DNA of 64,000 bases from the human T2T-CHM13v2.0 reference genome, Homo sapiens: assembly GCF_009914755.1 (NCBI RefSeq), contig NC_060927.1; one strand, written 5' to 3'. Both the position numbers and the translations under genes were made by a program. Shown here piece after piece: positions 14,870-30,089 of the stretch (positions are counted from its first letter, which is position 1; every line of letters starts with the position of its first letter). The notes below the pieces were generated by a model that was not told the DNA's origin, did not search any database, and was given only the letters and a program-made list of their open reading frames with translations.

Positions 14870-15110
14870 GATTTACTGAGCACATACGATGTGCCAGATA
14901 CTATGTAAAGTATGTGACATGTATTTTTATTCTCAAAACAACCTAAGGCAGTAGGTGTCATTTTTAATCCCCATTTTATAGATGAGGAAACAGGCTTAGA
15001 GGAGTGAAGTGAAGTTCCAAGGTAATATTGCAGTAAATGGTGGAGATGGGACTCATATCCAGGTCTTTCTGACTTCAAAGCCCAGTTCTTAGCTAATCAT
15101 TGTATTATAC
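14870..15110 (-). mobile_element. MIR SINE
   Basis: MIR core CCCCATTTTATAGATGAGGAAACAGGCTTAGAGG. Confidence 0.85.
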
Positions 15111-15199
15111 TGTTATTTTAAGAGCAAGCACAGGGAGAAGATGAGTGAGAAGGGGTGATGTTAATAAATCACCAAGAATGAGAATTACAGCAAGCATCT

Positions 15200-15445
15200 A
15201 AACTGTTTAATACTTAACTGTGTGGCAGACACTGTTACAGACCCTTTATGCATATTTATTAACTCATTTAATTCTTATCATAACTCTGTAAGGTGGCTAC
15301 TGTTACTATTCACATTTGTAAATGATGCCGAGGCACAGAGAGGTTAAATTATTTGTTCCAGGTCACAAAGCTAATAAATGAGAGAGCTAGAATTTGAATT
15401 CAAGCAGTGGGCTTCAGGGTTTACATCCAGACTGCCACACTATAC
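15200..15445 (-). mobile_element. MIR SINE
   Basis: CTCATTTAATTCTTATCATAACTCTGTAAGG...GAGGCACAGAGAGGTTAA...GGTCACAAAGCTAATAAATG. Confidence 0.8.
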
Positions 15446-16259
15446 CACAGAACAATGCTCCTCATTTTGACTCCATTTTCATGACCACAGAGAATGGTTT
15501 TAAAGTGGAAAAGTCCAGATAAGTGTATTAAAAAACTGAAGCCGACCATATGTAATGTGTAATATCATTATGATTGTTCAACTCTCAAGACCCAGTAGAA
15601 TTATAACCCATGATACTGTTGAAACAATCTGGGCCAACATGAATAATTTGCAAGTAACTTTGCGTCAATTTTCAAATAAGGCATTCTTGATTAAGTGTGG
15701 AGTATATACAGGGAGACACAATTTATTCCATTCAGGAGGACAGTTTTCTCTGGAAAACGTGACCTTCAGTGCATTAGGATAGGTGAAGTGCATGCACCGT
15801 CAGCCACAAATCCGTTGTTTTGTTTAATCATATTTAATCATAAAATAATTATATAGGTTGACTTTTAAAGTGTTTTTTTTTTTTAAGTAGAGTGGACTTT
15901 GGAGACTATCTGCTGACATCCCCAGTGTGAATTGTGAAGGTTTTCCTTGAATTCATCTCAAAACAACCATGTTAAACTCATATAATTACCTTTTTGAAAG
16001 GAATATAAAGATAGTATATTCCTGGAATGCCTGTGACGTAACATAATTGATTTCATTAAAGCATTTGCCTAATTTTTCCATTATCTTTGTGGCTGGAATA
16101 GATTAGTAAATAGTAAATAGATTTGCAGCTAGATAAATATTTCTACCCAAAAATATTCTTTGGTGGCTTAGTATTAATTACATCCTAGGACTCTTTCATA
16201 CCCAAGTTTTTATCATTGATTTGGGTGAAGATTTAGTGACTGGCCTGTCAAATCTAGGT

Positions 16260-16850
16260 AGCGCCAAGAATCAAGGTTCAAAGTGATCTTGACAAGAAAG
16301 TGCAATCAAAATCATCATGAGTTGAAATTTAATGAAGATTAACATCAAGACTTAGATTCATTAGATTGAAATAATCAAATTACGTGAGTACTGGATTGGG
16401 AAGATCTAGGTGGACAGGGTTTTAGTTGACCATAAACTTAGTATGAGCCAATTGTGTGTTAAGACTCAGATACAGGAAAGTACTGGTACTACTGGGCTGC
16501 CTGTTTGAAATAAAACTGCTAAGGCATTTTGTAGGCTGTTGATAAACTCAGCCACATCCCACAACTGAGATGGTGGAAGGTTTTAAAAACAACAGTTAAA
16601 AAAAATACTGGGTTGTTTAATCTGAGGAGAAAGTAAGTGGAGACATCCCTGCCTAGAGATGGTAGAAGGCTGTCCTATGGGATTAGCCGTATTGCTCCAG
16701 AGGGAAGGCCTAGTATATAGTGGGTGGAAATCAGGAGATGTATTTCAGTTTAAAATGACCTACTTATGATGTAACAGCTCTTGGATTTATGCATCTCTTA
16801 TTATGGAATGTATTCAGATAAAGGCAGGATGACCAACTGATGGAAGTGTT
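16260..16850 (+). mobile_element. L3/CR1 LINE remnant
   Basis: GGGTTTTAGTTGACCATAAACTTAGTATGAGCCAA and GCTCCAGAGGG...GGGTGGAAA motifs; heavily diverged. Confidence 0.6.
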
Positions 16851-17506
16851 TTTAAAACTTTTTTTTTTTTTTTTTTTTTGCTCAGTGGGAAGGTCTCAGA
16901 TTCTGTATCTGTCTCAAGAAGCTATTATTGGAGACATAAGTAACCTCTAATTCGGTTAGTTGAAATTCCTATTAAGACTGATCTCTGTCACAGTCAAAAT
17001 ACTGAGAATTTGTGTTTTACCAGCAGGTGGCACCTCCTGCCTGCTGCCTCAATTTTAATCTTTACCCTTGGTGAGGAACCTCACCTTTTCCTTAGAGTCA
17101 GAATATGTAAGGCTATTCACTATTTTTGCTTTTCTCCAAAGATCAATCAATATTTGTCCTGTCTTAGTTATAGAAAATAACTTTTGGATCTTGTCACATT
17201 TTGGACAGGTTGTGGCTTTTATTTATCTGAGAAAAGATTTCAACCTATAATTATAATTTATTTGTATCATAATTATTATGGTAGGATAAAAAGGAATTAC
17301 AGTGTTTTCTGTCTCATACATCTTGAGACTTGCCTTTTCTTCTGGCTTTCCTCATATGCGTTTATATATGTTCAAGTGTTTCCCACCCTAAAACTAAGTC
17401 AAGCAGCAAACAAATTCTTTTGTTTGCCTCACGCCGTCTCTAATATCCTATGCTTTCTTGTTCACCCATTCTTTATAGAGCCAGACATCTTACAAGAGCT
17501 GTCTCT

Positions 17507-17805
17507 GGCCAGGGATGATGGCTCACACCTACAATCTCAGCATTTTGGGAGGCTGAGGCGGGTGGATCACTTGAGCTCAGGAGTTTGAGACAGCCTTGGC
17601 AACATAGTGAAACCTTGTCTCTACAAAAAAAAAAAAAAAAAATTAGCTGGGAATGGTGGTGCACAGCTATAGTCCCAGCTACTCTGGAGGCTGAGGTGGG
17701 AGGTTCACTTGAGCCCGGGAGGTTGAGGTTGCACTGAGCCAAGATCACGGCACTGCACTCCAACCTGGGTGACAGAGCAAGACCCTGTCTCAAAAAAAAA
17801 AAAAA
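17507..17805 (+). mobile_element. AluJ
   Basis: Full dimer; TSD AAGAG(C/T)TGTCTC. Confidence 0.93.
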
Positions 17806-17809
17806 GAGT

Positions 17810-19190
17810 TGTCTCCATTTCCTTACCTCCTTCTCATCCCTTAACCTATTCCATGTCTATAAATTCTGTGGACCCTTTTATTTCTCATCTTACTGGTCCT
17901 CAGCAGCATTCAGCACATGAAGACTTCTTGAAATAGTCTGTCCATTTTTGGCTTCCCTGATATCATGCATTCCAGTTTTTTCCCTACCTCTCTGACTGCT
18001 TATTGATTCTCTTTGTTTATTCTTCTTCCTTTTCTTTACTTAACCAAGAAATGTTAGGATTCTTCACAATACCCTTCTATTTTTATATCAATGTTTGTCA
18101 AGATGTCTGTGTACCATTTACTTCAAAATCATTTGAAGATATTTGTTAAAAATGCTTTTTTTTTTTTAATTTCCCAGGCCTACTGAATCAGACTCTCTGG
18201 GATTGGTGACCAGGATTTGTAGTCAGCTTTCAAGATGTCCCTTAAGCACATTAAAGTTTACAAATCACTGCTTTACATTCTTCCCTAGGTGATATAGGCA
18301 CATGGCTATCTAACCAGTGTTAACAACCTAGATTGCTCTTCTGAATTCTGAGGTCTATAGAGTAAGTTGCCCATTTACATTTCTGCTTGGATGTTTTGTA
18401 GGTACCTCAGACTCTGTTTCCTCACAAAGCCTTTTCTGAGGATTCCTGTGTTAGTGAGTGGATCCACCATGCACCTAATGCAAATTGGGTGATTCTTGTC
18501 TTTTACTTGTTCCTGGCTATTCTGCCTCCTGACAGTTTCTCTCATCTGTTTCCACCATGCTGTTAATTCTGCCACTATCCTAGTCTAAGTGCCCATCATT
18601 TCCCTCTTGGTATATTATAGAATTCTCCAAATCGATCTCTTTGTACACATTCTTACTGTACTTCATTTCATTTTCTACACAGCAGCCAAAGAGAAATGTA
18701 TATCAAATCTAGATATGATGCTTTCCTAATTTTAAAATATTTTAAGGACTTCCTATTGTTTCTGAGGTAGAGACTAAATTCCCTAACATTTTCTAAGGCT
18801 CTGCATGGTCTACGCTTGCCTAACTGCTCCTAATTCTCTGTATTGCTGTTATACTAGAGTTCTTTCCAGTGTCTTAACATCCCTGTTCTCTCTTTACCCA
18901 GAGCCTTTGTGCACAGTGTTCTCTCTGCATAAAAAATCCTTTCTCATTTCTTTGTAGCTCAACTAGCTCTGTTTATTTTCAGGTCTCAGTGTAATTGTCC
19001 CCCAGATTAACTCAGATCCATTTCTTTCTAAAATACTATGCACTGAAGTCACTCATTCAATGTCAGTTTTCTGCAGCTAGCCTATGTATGTTTAGGGACC
19101 TGTGTAAGTTTAGGAACATGTCTGTTTTTTGTCATTGCCGTATGCCCAGCATCTGGTTCAGTGTCCTTGATAAATAGTTGTTGAGAGAAT
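17810..19190 (+). mobile_element. L2 LINE 3' part, with MER5-type insertion at ~18095-18270
   Basis: RT-region CTCATCTTACTGGTCCTCAGCAGCATTC; 3' end ...GATAAATAGTTGTTGA; MER5-like CCTACTGAATCAGACTCTCTGGG. Confidence 0.7.
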
Positions 19191-19299
19191 TTTTAAAAAT
19201 ATATGAACTTATGTTGTAGAGCTTGCTTTGAAAGCATGCTTTCAATTTAAGAGGTTTGAGCTAAGAACCAAATGTAGGACTTAGTATTTGCAACACATA

Positions 19300-19530
19300 T
19301 GTCATAATGATGGCTCATGTGGTGTGCTGTATGCCTGATGGCTATCTTATTTAGTCCTTATAACGTACTTGAGGAGTGCTTATTATTTACCTCCATTTTC
19401 CAGAGGAAATAGACACACAAAGGGGTTGAGTAACTTGCCCAATATCATTGAACCGGTGAATAGAACCACCATAGATACACACCCAGGCTGCCTGGCTCAG
19501 GAGCCTCGACCCTGTACTGTACTATGTTTC
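19300..19530 (-). mobile_element. MIR SINE
   Basis: CCATTTTCCAGAGGAAATAGAC...GGTTGAGTAACTTGCCCAA. Confidence 0.7.
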
Positions 19531-19900
19531 ATCCCACAGTTTATTCTTTGATAATCTCAGACCAATGTGTTGTTATGTAACTCACTTTGAAACAGAGAGG
19601 ACTAAGTAATTTATGAGTTTTGGGAGGATATTGAAATATATGAAAAAGAAAATACAAATGAATTTTAGCATAACCATGGTAAATATACCTGAACAATTGA
19701 CTGATTTGAGTTGCTAGCAGTGTTTTCAAACTAAGAAACCACTGCTAATCAGTTAACTGTGGAAACAGTATTTTGGGTTATTTTATTTTGCTATGCTTAA
19801 TATATGTGTTTTTATTTGTTTTTGAAACAACGTAGAGGTATAAATAATGAGGCATTTTAATGCTGTAATGTGAATCAAGCTTAAAGGATTTGAAAAATAA

Positions 19901-20210
<310 letters not shown>

Positions 20211-21884
20211 TAAAAGATCTTAATGAAGCCTTATGTTAATCGTTACTAAGCTCTCCTTCCAGCTTCATTTCACATTTCTATGAGGGTCAGATAATTCAAG
20301 GCTATTTTTGTAGCAGCTGTAGGCATATATTTTTGCATTAAGAGGTAATGTCAAAGAGTGGACAGTGACTACAAGCCAAACACAGAGCGAGGCAGTAGGA
20401 GCTTTCCTTGTCTAACCCATACCTCCTCTGAGAAGATTTGAGGAGAGGAAAAGAGTGTTGATGTCTAGCACATTGCCCTATCCCTGAGGCTTGATTAAAG
20501 TGCTGGTTCTGAGGAGTCAGGTCTTTCCTAGATTATTTTATCATCATACCTGAAAGAAGAAAAGAAAAATACATACACACATATACATGCAGAGAGATAA
20601 TCTAATCTATATTGCTGTTTGGGATGTTTGTATACCAATCCTGGGGATACCAGCTGCCTAGCTCTGGTAGCCTGTGGAGATTTATCTGTGTGTGTATATC
20701 TGTGTGTAGATAGATATGTTTATCTGTTTTGGTGTATGCGTGTATACATATGTATGTATATATAATTTTGAATCATTTTCACACAGTCAAGTTTTCCTTA
20801 TCTGATAGTCTTTTAGAATATAAATTAAGAGAATTAGTACCATCGCTCCAAAAAGCAAAGGAATCTGCATCTGTTATTTCTTTTCAAATCATCCCATGAA
20901 ATAGGGAAAACCAGAGATTATGTCTTCACTTCACAGATGGTAAGATAGTCACAATGCAATAAAATGATTTATTCAGTCACTCAAACCATTGACAGGCTCA
21001 AATTTAGGTTATCTGTCAGCTCAGTTTTTTATTTGTATATCCACATTGCCTTCTTTAATACATCTTAAATATACATGAATATCCGACAAGAGAAGCAGTC
21101 TTTTTTGGCCCATTATAGCCCATACATTGAAGAAGAGATTAGAGAAATAGTTACTTGTTTTCTTTTTTTTAATTTTGGAGACCCCAAATTCAGTGATTTC
21201 TTGCATCCTGCAAGCTTTTGAGACTGAGTAGAATATTCTTAATATTCTTAAAGCAGGTATTGCTCACAGTGTCTATCTCGAAAGCCCTTAATCTGTCAGC
21301 ATCCTGTAGAGAGGCATATGTAGACCAGGTCTGGCTGTATGAACTGAGGGCTTTGCTGCAAGAGAAGGACTTGTTCTTTCCCATTCTGCTTTCTTTCAGG
21401 GCTCTCATGAGAGGAGCCTTCCAAATGAGTTTAGAGGGATATTATCTGAGCTTGGGCACCAGCTACTCCAGGTGGTTGTTTACTAGTCCGGGAAATGCCA
21501 GCTGCCCAGCTCTGTGGAGCAAGGCAACTCTGTGAGGATTCTGTAGGAAGTTGAGTCTTTGTGTAGCCCTTGCCAGTTGGGAGATGGAGAGCTACTGATC
21601 CCACTTAGCTCATTTTCAGGCATCTAAGAGATTGCCATCAGGGATTATCCACTGGACAATATAGTTTGTCTCTCTGTAATCTGATTCTGGGAAGCAAAGC
21701 TTAAAATATGGAAATAGATTTGGCTTTAACTAATACTCTGTTTTACTTATGGTTTTAAATGTTCTAAATTGATAAAGACCTGGCTTCTTTAAGAAGCCAG
21801 ATTGAAAGTGTTAATTTGGATGGTTTTGCCTTAATTGAGTTAGGAACAGTTAGTGGCAGGCATAAAAAGTATGTGTATTTGGTT

Positions 21885-24770
21885 TTTTTAAAATTAGTGA
21901 TTTTGTGATATTTGTAAATTCATACTCAGTTGCAAGAAATAATGCAAAGTGATCCCATACCCTTAAACCAATTTTCCCCAATAAGAGAACATCTCATGAA
22001 ACTATGGTACAGTCGCATAACCAGGATATTGATATTGATAAGGTAAAGATACAGAACATTTTCATCACCACATGGATCCCTCATTTTACCCTTTTATAGC
22101 CACACCCACTTCTCTTCTGCTCCCACCCCCTCCTTAACCTCTGATACCCAGTAGTCTGTTCCTCATCTCTATAAATTATAATTTCAATAATGCTATATAA
22201 ATGGAATCATAGAGTGTGTAACCTTTTGGGACTGACTCTTTAAACTCAGCATAATAATTCCTTAGTGATTCACCCAGGTTGTTGCACATATCAGTAGTTG
22301 GTTGCATTTTATTGCTGGGTAGTATTCCATAGTATGGATGAGCCACAGTTTGATTAACAATTTTACCGGTTGAAGAATATCTGGGTTGTTTCCAGTTTGG
22401 GGCTGTTAAAAATAAAGTGGCTCTAAACATTTCTGTATATGTTGCTGTGTGAACATGTCTTCTTTTCTCTAGGAGAAATGTCCAGGTTTACAATTGTTGG
22501 ATCATATGATAGTTGAATGTTTAATTTTAAAAGAAACTGCCAAATAGTTTTCCAGAATGCCAGTACCATTTCGCATTCCCCTAGCAGTGTGTAAGTGATC
22601 CAGTTTCTAGTCTACATCCAGCATTTGATGAAGTCACTGTTTTATTTTAGCTATTCTGGTAGGTGCATAATGGTATCTCATTGTGGCTTTAATTTGCATT
22701 TCCCTAATGACTAATGATGTTAAACATCTTTTCATGTGTTTATTTGCCACATGTATATCTTCTTTTGTGAAATGTTTCTGCATGGGTTTTGCCTCTCTTC
22801 TAACTGGATTGTTTCTCATCATACTGTTGAATTTTTAGGGTTTTAATATATTCAAGGCACTAGTCCGTTATTGGACTTGGTTCTCCCAGTTTGTAGCTTT
22901 CTTTTCATCCTTCTTAACAGGATCTTTTGCAAACCAAAGGTTTTAATTGTGATGAAATCCAATTTATCAGCTTTTCCTTGTATGATTGTGCTTTTGAAAT
23001 CAAGTCTCAGAACTCTTTGCCTAGCCTAAGATCCTGAAGATTTTCTCCTATGTTTTTTTCTGGAAGTTTTAACAGTTTTGTGTGTAACTTAAATGTGTGA
23101 TCTATTTTGAGTTAATTTTTACATAAGATATGAGACTGAGGTCGAAGTTCCTTTGTGTGTGTGTATAGATACCTAATTGCAGCATTATTTGTTGAAAAGG
23201 CAATACTTTCCTTCTTTCCTCCACTCAGTTGCTTTACCAGCTTTGTCAAAAATCAGCTGGGCTTATATAGTGAATCTAATTCTAGGTTTTCTATTTTGTT
23301 CCATTGATCCGTGTGCCTATCCCACTGCCAGTACCACATAATCTTGATAACTGTAGCTGTGTAAGTCTTGAAATTGGGTAGACCGATTCCTCCTCCTTTA
23401 TGAAAATTGCTTCAACTATTCCAATTTCTTTGACTCTCCATATAAATTTTAGAATAATCTCGTCTATATCTATGAAAAATCTTGTGGGAATTTTGATATA
23501 AATTACATTAAACACATCAGTTTGAGGAGAACTGATATTTTTACTATGCTGAGTTTCCTAGTTTTTCCATTTATTTCACTTTTTTTGTAATTTTTAGTAT
23601 ACAGGTGCTATACATGGTTTTTTAGATTTACGCCTAATATTTCTTTTTTTCTTAGCAGTTTTAAATGGTATTGAATTTCTAATTTTGGTATTCATATGTT
23701 CAGTAATGGCATATGGAATGTTTATTTTATATTCTGCAATCTTGTAGAACTCATTTATTAATTCTAGAATGCTTTTTGTAGATTCCTTGGGATATTCTAT
23801 GTGGACACTCATGTCATCTGCCAACAGAGACAGTTTTTTTTTTTCTTTCCCAATCTGTGTGCTATTTTTTTCCTTTTCTTGCCTATTGCATAGGCTAAAA
23901 CTTCAGCATTGTATTGAAGAGAGGTGAGAGCAGACATCCTTGCCTTGTTCCCAGTCTTAGGGTAAAAACATTTGATTTTTCACTATGAAGTATAATATTA
24001 GCTGTAGATTTTTTGTAGTTACTTCTTATCAAGTTGAGGAAGTTCCCCTCTATTACAGTTTTTCTAAGAGGGTTTTCATGAATGGATATTGAATTTTGTC
24101 AGTTGCTTTTTCTATGTAATTAATATGATCATGTGATTTTTTTTCTTTAGGCTATTGGCATGGCATATCGTAATGATTGGTTTTTGAATATTGAACCAGT
24201 CTTGCATCCTGGAATAAACCTCACTTGGTCATGAGGTATAATTCTTTTTATGTAATTGTGAATTATCATTCCTAATATTTTGTGAAGGACTTTTACATCT
24301 TTATGAAGAACATTGGTCTGTAGTTTTTTTTGTAATGGCTTTTCAGGTTTTTGTATCAGGGTAATACTAACTTAACAAAATGAATTGAGAAATGTTTGCT
24401 CCTTTTCTGTTTTGTGGAAGGGATTGTATAGGATTTGTTTTCATACTTTTTAAATGTTTGGTACAATTCTCTAGTGAAACCATCTAAACATGGAGATTTA
24501 TTTTTGGGGGATTTTAAGTTATGAATTCAATTTCCTTAATAACTATAGGGGTATTCAAATGAGCTGTTTCATGTTAAGTGAGTTTTGATAGTTGTGTTTT
24601 TTGAGAAATTGGTGCACTTCATGTAAATTGTCAAATTTATGTGTGTAGAATTTTCATAGTATTCCCTTATTATCCTTTTGATGTTGTCAATGTCTATAAT
24701 GATATCCTCTGCTTCATTCCTGATGTTTTCTCTTATTCTTTGTCAGTCTTGCTAGAAGTTTGTCAGTTCT
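21885..24770 (-). mobile_element. L1MC-type LINE (3'UTR and ORF2 3' part)
   Basis: Minus-strand ORF2 fragments (HMKRCLTSLVIREMQIKATMRYHY; ADDMSVHIEYPKESTKSILELINEF; APNWKQP); L1MC-type 3' end. Confidence 0.88.
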
Positions 24771-24859
24771 AATCAGGAAGATAAAACACCTTAACTAAAA
24801 ACACCAATTATATCCAAATTGCTAAACGCAATAAATATTTTTCAGATCTTGTTCATTCT

Positions 24860-25570
24860 CAATTCTGTATTAAATAGCAATGATTAGTTCTTCCTTCTTG
24901 AAAGCCTATATCCTGTAGATATCTGTGACTGTGTGCCCTTCTGATTTTAAACCCCAGTGACTTTTCCTGAATCAGTTTGTTTCTATCCTCTGACCATTTC
25001 ATAAATATTGGTCTTCCTCAAAATGTAGTCCCTTTGTGACTGCTTTTCATCTCACTCTATTGTCCTTGGACAATTTTATTTCTATTCATTGTTTCCTCTG
25101 ATAACTTAGAAATCTGTAATTCTAACCCAGATGTTTCAGATTACTATACTCAATTTCTTGTTATTCAACATCAAAGTGAAGGTGTTCCTCAGATCTGCTG
25201 TGGACCAGATTGTACTTAACTTCTTCCTTCTAACACCTCTTCCCACATTTCTTATGTCATCTTGTGACCTCTTCATTCAACCATCACTTAAACCAGAAAC
25301 CTAGGAATTATAGACTCCTCTCAATGCCTTCCAAACCATGATCAATCTGTCACCAAACCCTATAGTTATAAATAATTTTGTCCACGGTTCTTTATACCTG
25401 TTGTCAGTACTCTAGTTTAGTCCACCATTTTTTTTCTTTGATGACTGTAATAGCCTTGGTTTCCAGTCTTGGTTTTTCAGATGCCCCCACCCTACAGTCA
25501 CCATAGTGATCTGTCTAAATGTATGAATCTGATGATTTCACACTCCATTAAGCCCTACAGTATATCCATA
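24860..25570 (+). mobile_element. L2 remnant
   Basis: AACCAGAAACCTAGGAATTATAGACTCC, GACTGTAATAGCC and ATCTGATGATTTCAC motifs. Confidence 0.55.
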
Positions 25571-25887
25571 GTACTTAGTACCAGGCCAGGCACTTAATTC
25601 CTTATTTTATGCCCTTAATTATTTTAAATATACTTTAAAATATAGTTTCTACCTGATAATTATATTATTTGAAGTCTTGGGGTATACTACTGCCCTTTAT
25701 AGTTCCTCCAGACATTCTTGTATGGTACATTATTTAATGAAGTGTTTTCAAATTTTTTATTTTGAGCACATATTCAGTAGGACTTTATCAGTAGCTATTT
25801 TGCCTGTGTTTAGGGTGATCTCTGGGGAGTTTTTGAACTTGCTTCTTTCAAGTATCTGAGGAGTATCCTTTTTCAGGATCACTTTTT

Positions 25888-26229
25888 TTTATACTTTAAG
25901 TTCTAGGGTACATGTGCACAACGTGCAGGTTTGTTACATATGTATACATGTGCCATGTTGGTGTGCTACACCCATCAGCTCGTCATTTACATTAGGTACA
26001 TCTCCCAATGCTATCCCTCCCCCAGCCCCCGACCCGCCGACAGACCCTGGTGTGTGGTGTTCCGCGCCCTGTGTCCAAGTGTTCTCATTGTTCAGTTCCC
26101 ACCTATGAGTGAGAACATGCGGTGTTTGGTTTTCTGTCCTTGTGATAGTTTGCTCAGAATGATGGTTTCCAGCTTCATCCATGTCCCTGCAAAGGACATG
26201 AACTCATCCTTTTTTATGGCTGCATAGTA
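25888..26229 (-). mobile_element. 5'-truncated L1PA (PA5/PA6-like) 3'UTR
   Basis: ATACTTTAAGTTCTAGGGTACATGTGCACAACGTGCAGG... low divergence; 18-bp TSD TTTTCAGGATCACTTTTT at 25870-25887 and 26230-26247. Confidence 0.95.
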
Positions 26230-27911
26230 TTTTCAGGATCACTTTTTATGTGAACCTCTTGGCTCAGTTGTTCTCATACTAAGGAGATAGTATAAATTCA
26301 AATCCCAGCTCTACCTGTAGACAGGGTCTTGATTACAGATTCTTGGTGAGTATAAATTTACCCCCTCTGAGCCCAGGCTAAGACAGACAAACTTCCTTGT
26401 CATCTTCCTATGCTAACAGGCAGATTTTTTTTTTCTAATTTCCTTTCATTGAGGATGTGGCTTTTTAAGAATCCCAGTTTTAGGCAGGTCCTCTGCTTCA
26501 TTTCCCTCTGTTAAAAGGGTTTGAGACCTCAGCTTCTTTCTGGCATTAAAACCCAAGCTCTTCTGTGACCAGCAAACCTACACGATAGGATTGGTAACAG
26601 CTTGGAACTTACTGCTTTGGTTTTCAGTTCCCTTTTCACTTTTGGACCTGGGTATTGCCCTTACTATCTTAGGAGCTCAGCTATGTATTTTAAAAGATGT
26701 TTATTTTCTCTAGCATTTCTAGGGAAGTCCTCCTGCCACCAACTCCCCATTACCTAGCCCACTGTATTCTCAGTCAGGGTTGAGATTTGCTGTAGCTCTA
26801 ACACTTTTCAAATCTATCATTTTACCTCCTGTTTTTGAAGAATCAAATCTACATGTAGTCATGAATAATATTCATAAGTAAAGGAAGCAGGATGGATCAG
26901 GGATAGCCCTATAATCCTTTTAGGATTGTAGGTCCTTCTTTAGTCACCTCTCTCTCAAATAATAAGAGTTCCTTAGTTTTGACCTTTTTATCAGACAGGT
27001 GTTAGTATGTGGAGCTCTTTTTCACGTAGTGCCTTCTCCCTCCTGATGAGATTTCTGCCCAGAACATAACCCTTCCAGGATTTTTAAAGGGAAACCATTT
27101 CCCTGTAGTCAGCAGAAAAGGAAAGAATACTGCCGAAGTTTGATGCTTGGTTACTTGACAATTTCCAGTCATAATAAGCTACTGTTTCTCCCTCAGACTC
27201 TTTCCATTGAAAAGGGTCAAAATTATGGATTATCATTTACTTGATACGTGTGTGTACATGATGAATTTAAAGCAATAAAAATATTATGAAACTGAGAAGT
27301 TAAATCAACGTTACAATAGCAGGTTTGGAGGATTGTGACAAAATATGGGCAACCTAAATCACCTGAGCCACCAGCAGGACCAACTGTATCCCGTTATCAA
27401 TTTGATTTATTTGCTTATGGTTTTCTTTTTTTTGCGAGTTTTCTTTACAGATCTGTGAGACGAATGCATATTTTCACCTAGTATTTGTTTTAATGATATT
27501 GTAAACTCTTGATAAGCTTGTAAGATATATGTAGTGTTTTACTTAAATAACAAAATTTACTTATTTTCCCATGTTGTTGAATGTAATTCATATTTCTTTT
27601 TTTTTCTTTCCCATTTTCCCTTCCCCTCCTTCTTCTGCTCCCTCTGTTAGAAAGATGCAGTGAACACCTTAATGCATTAAAATAATTTTTATTCTTAAAC
27701 ATATTTAGGGTACATTTCCAGAAATAGAATTACTAGGTCAAAATGTTCTGTTTTTCAGACTTTGACACATAATGCCAAATTGCTTACCAAAAGCATGATA
27801 TGAAGTTATATCCTCCTAACAATCTAAAAGCATCTTAAGCAGACCTGTCATTATCAGTGGACCACTGGACAGGGTTGTGGGGCTGATGCTTTCTTTATGG
27901 TTCCTCTACAG

Positions 27912-27958
27912 GATATGGTGCCTGTCATAGTTGATTACTGCCTTCTGCTGCAGCGAAA
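27912..27958 (+). CDS. VPS8: VPS8 coding exon (47 nt, 0-2): DMVPVIVDYCLLLQR(K)
   Basis: ctacag|GAT acceptor, AAA|gtgagt donor. Confidence 0.94.
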
Positions 27959-28093
27959 GTGAGTATGCGTTGCCTGTCACATTCAATTATTTTGAACCCA
28001 GGTAGCCTCTTATGTATAAGCCATTGCTAAGAATTCTATGAATTTGACTGAATAGATTTAAAAATATTAATTTATAGAAATTTGATTCTTTAA

Positions 28094-28680
<587 letters not shown>

Positions 28681-28834
28681 TGGTATATATGCTTTTATGA
28701 ACCATCACTAGAACATAGTATTTTATACTATTCAAAAAAGGCTAGATTCATTGTGCTTATGCAGTACTATTTTTTGTTTGTTTGTTTAAAATAAATCAGT
28801 ATAAATAAACTCTTGATTAGGCTTTGTTAGTTTA

Positions 28835-29173
<339 letters not shown>

Positions 29174-29229
29174 CCAACCAACCTGTGCTAATGCACAGGG
29201 TTTTTTTTTTCTTTTTTTTTTCCACACTA

Positions 29230-29470
29230 ATAATGATAACCAGGTATTGTTCTAAACGCTTTACATTAATTTATCTAATTTTTGTAGCAATTTATTTTTA
29301 TAACAGTGAGGTAGGGATTATTATCATCCACATTTTATATAAGATGTGCCAAAGCCAGAAAGTGATTAAGTTACTTGCCAAAACTCAGTCCCACAGCTTT
29401 TGGTGGCAAAGGTGGGATTCAAATGCATGAGTCTAGCTCCTGTGTTCTTGGTTTTAACCACTAGCTTGTA
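29230..29470 (-). mobile_element. MIR SINE
   Basis: GAGGTAGGGATTATTATCATCCACATTTTATA...TTAAGTTACTTGCC...GGGATTCAAA. Confidence 0.7.
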
Positions 29471-29741
29471 CCACTTTGTAAGTGATAGAGAACAAATGTG
29501 AAGATTTAATGTAGATGCTCCCAAAACCCTATGCAGCATGACTTGGTTCATGAATTTATGTAAATTCTAGTAGCCTGATTCAGAAAAGGTTGGGTCATAC
29601 TTTGAAGCATCAGTAAAGATTGTCAAGAGGGCAGTAATTTGCTATGTCAGACCTTTGATGAAGTCATAGATAGCTATATAGTAAGTTCTGCTTACTTGGG
29701 GCTCAAATTTATTCCAGTGTTTTAACTCTAGTGTTACGTAA

Positions 29742-30089
<348 letters not shown>

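Noticed and set aside
21340-21640. Possible old LTR remnant and ORF 21218..21535
   Set aside because: Family not recognisable; ORF has no homology cue or splice support.
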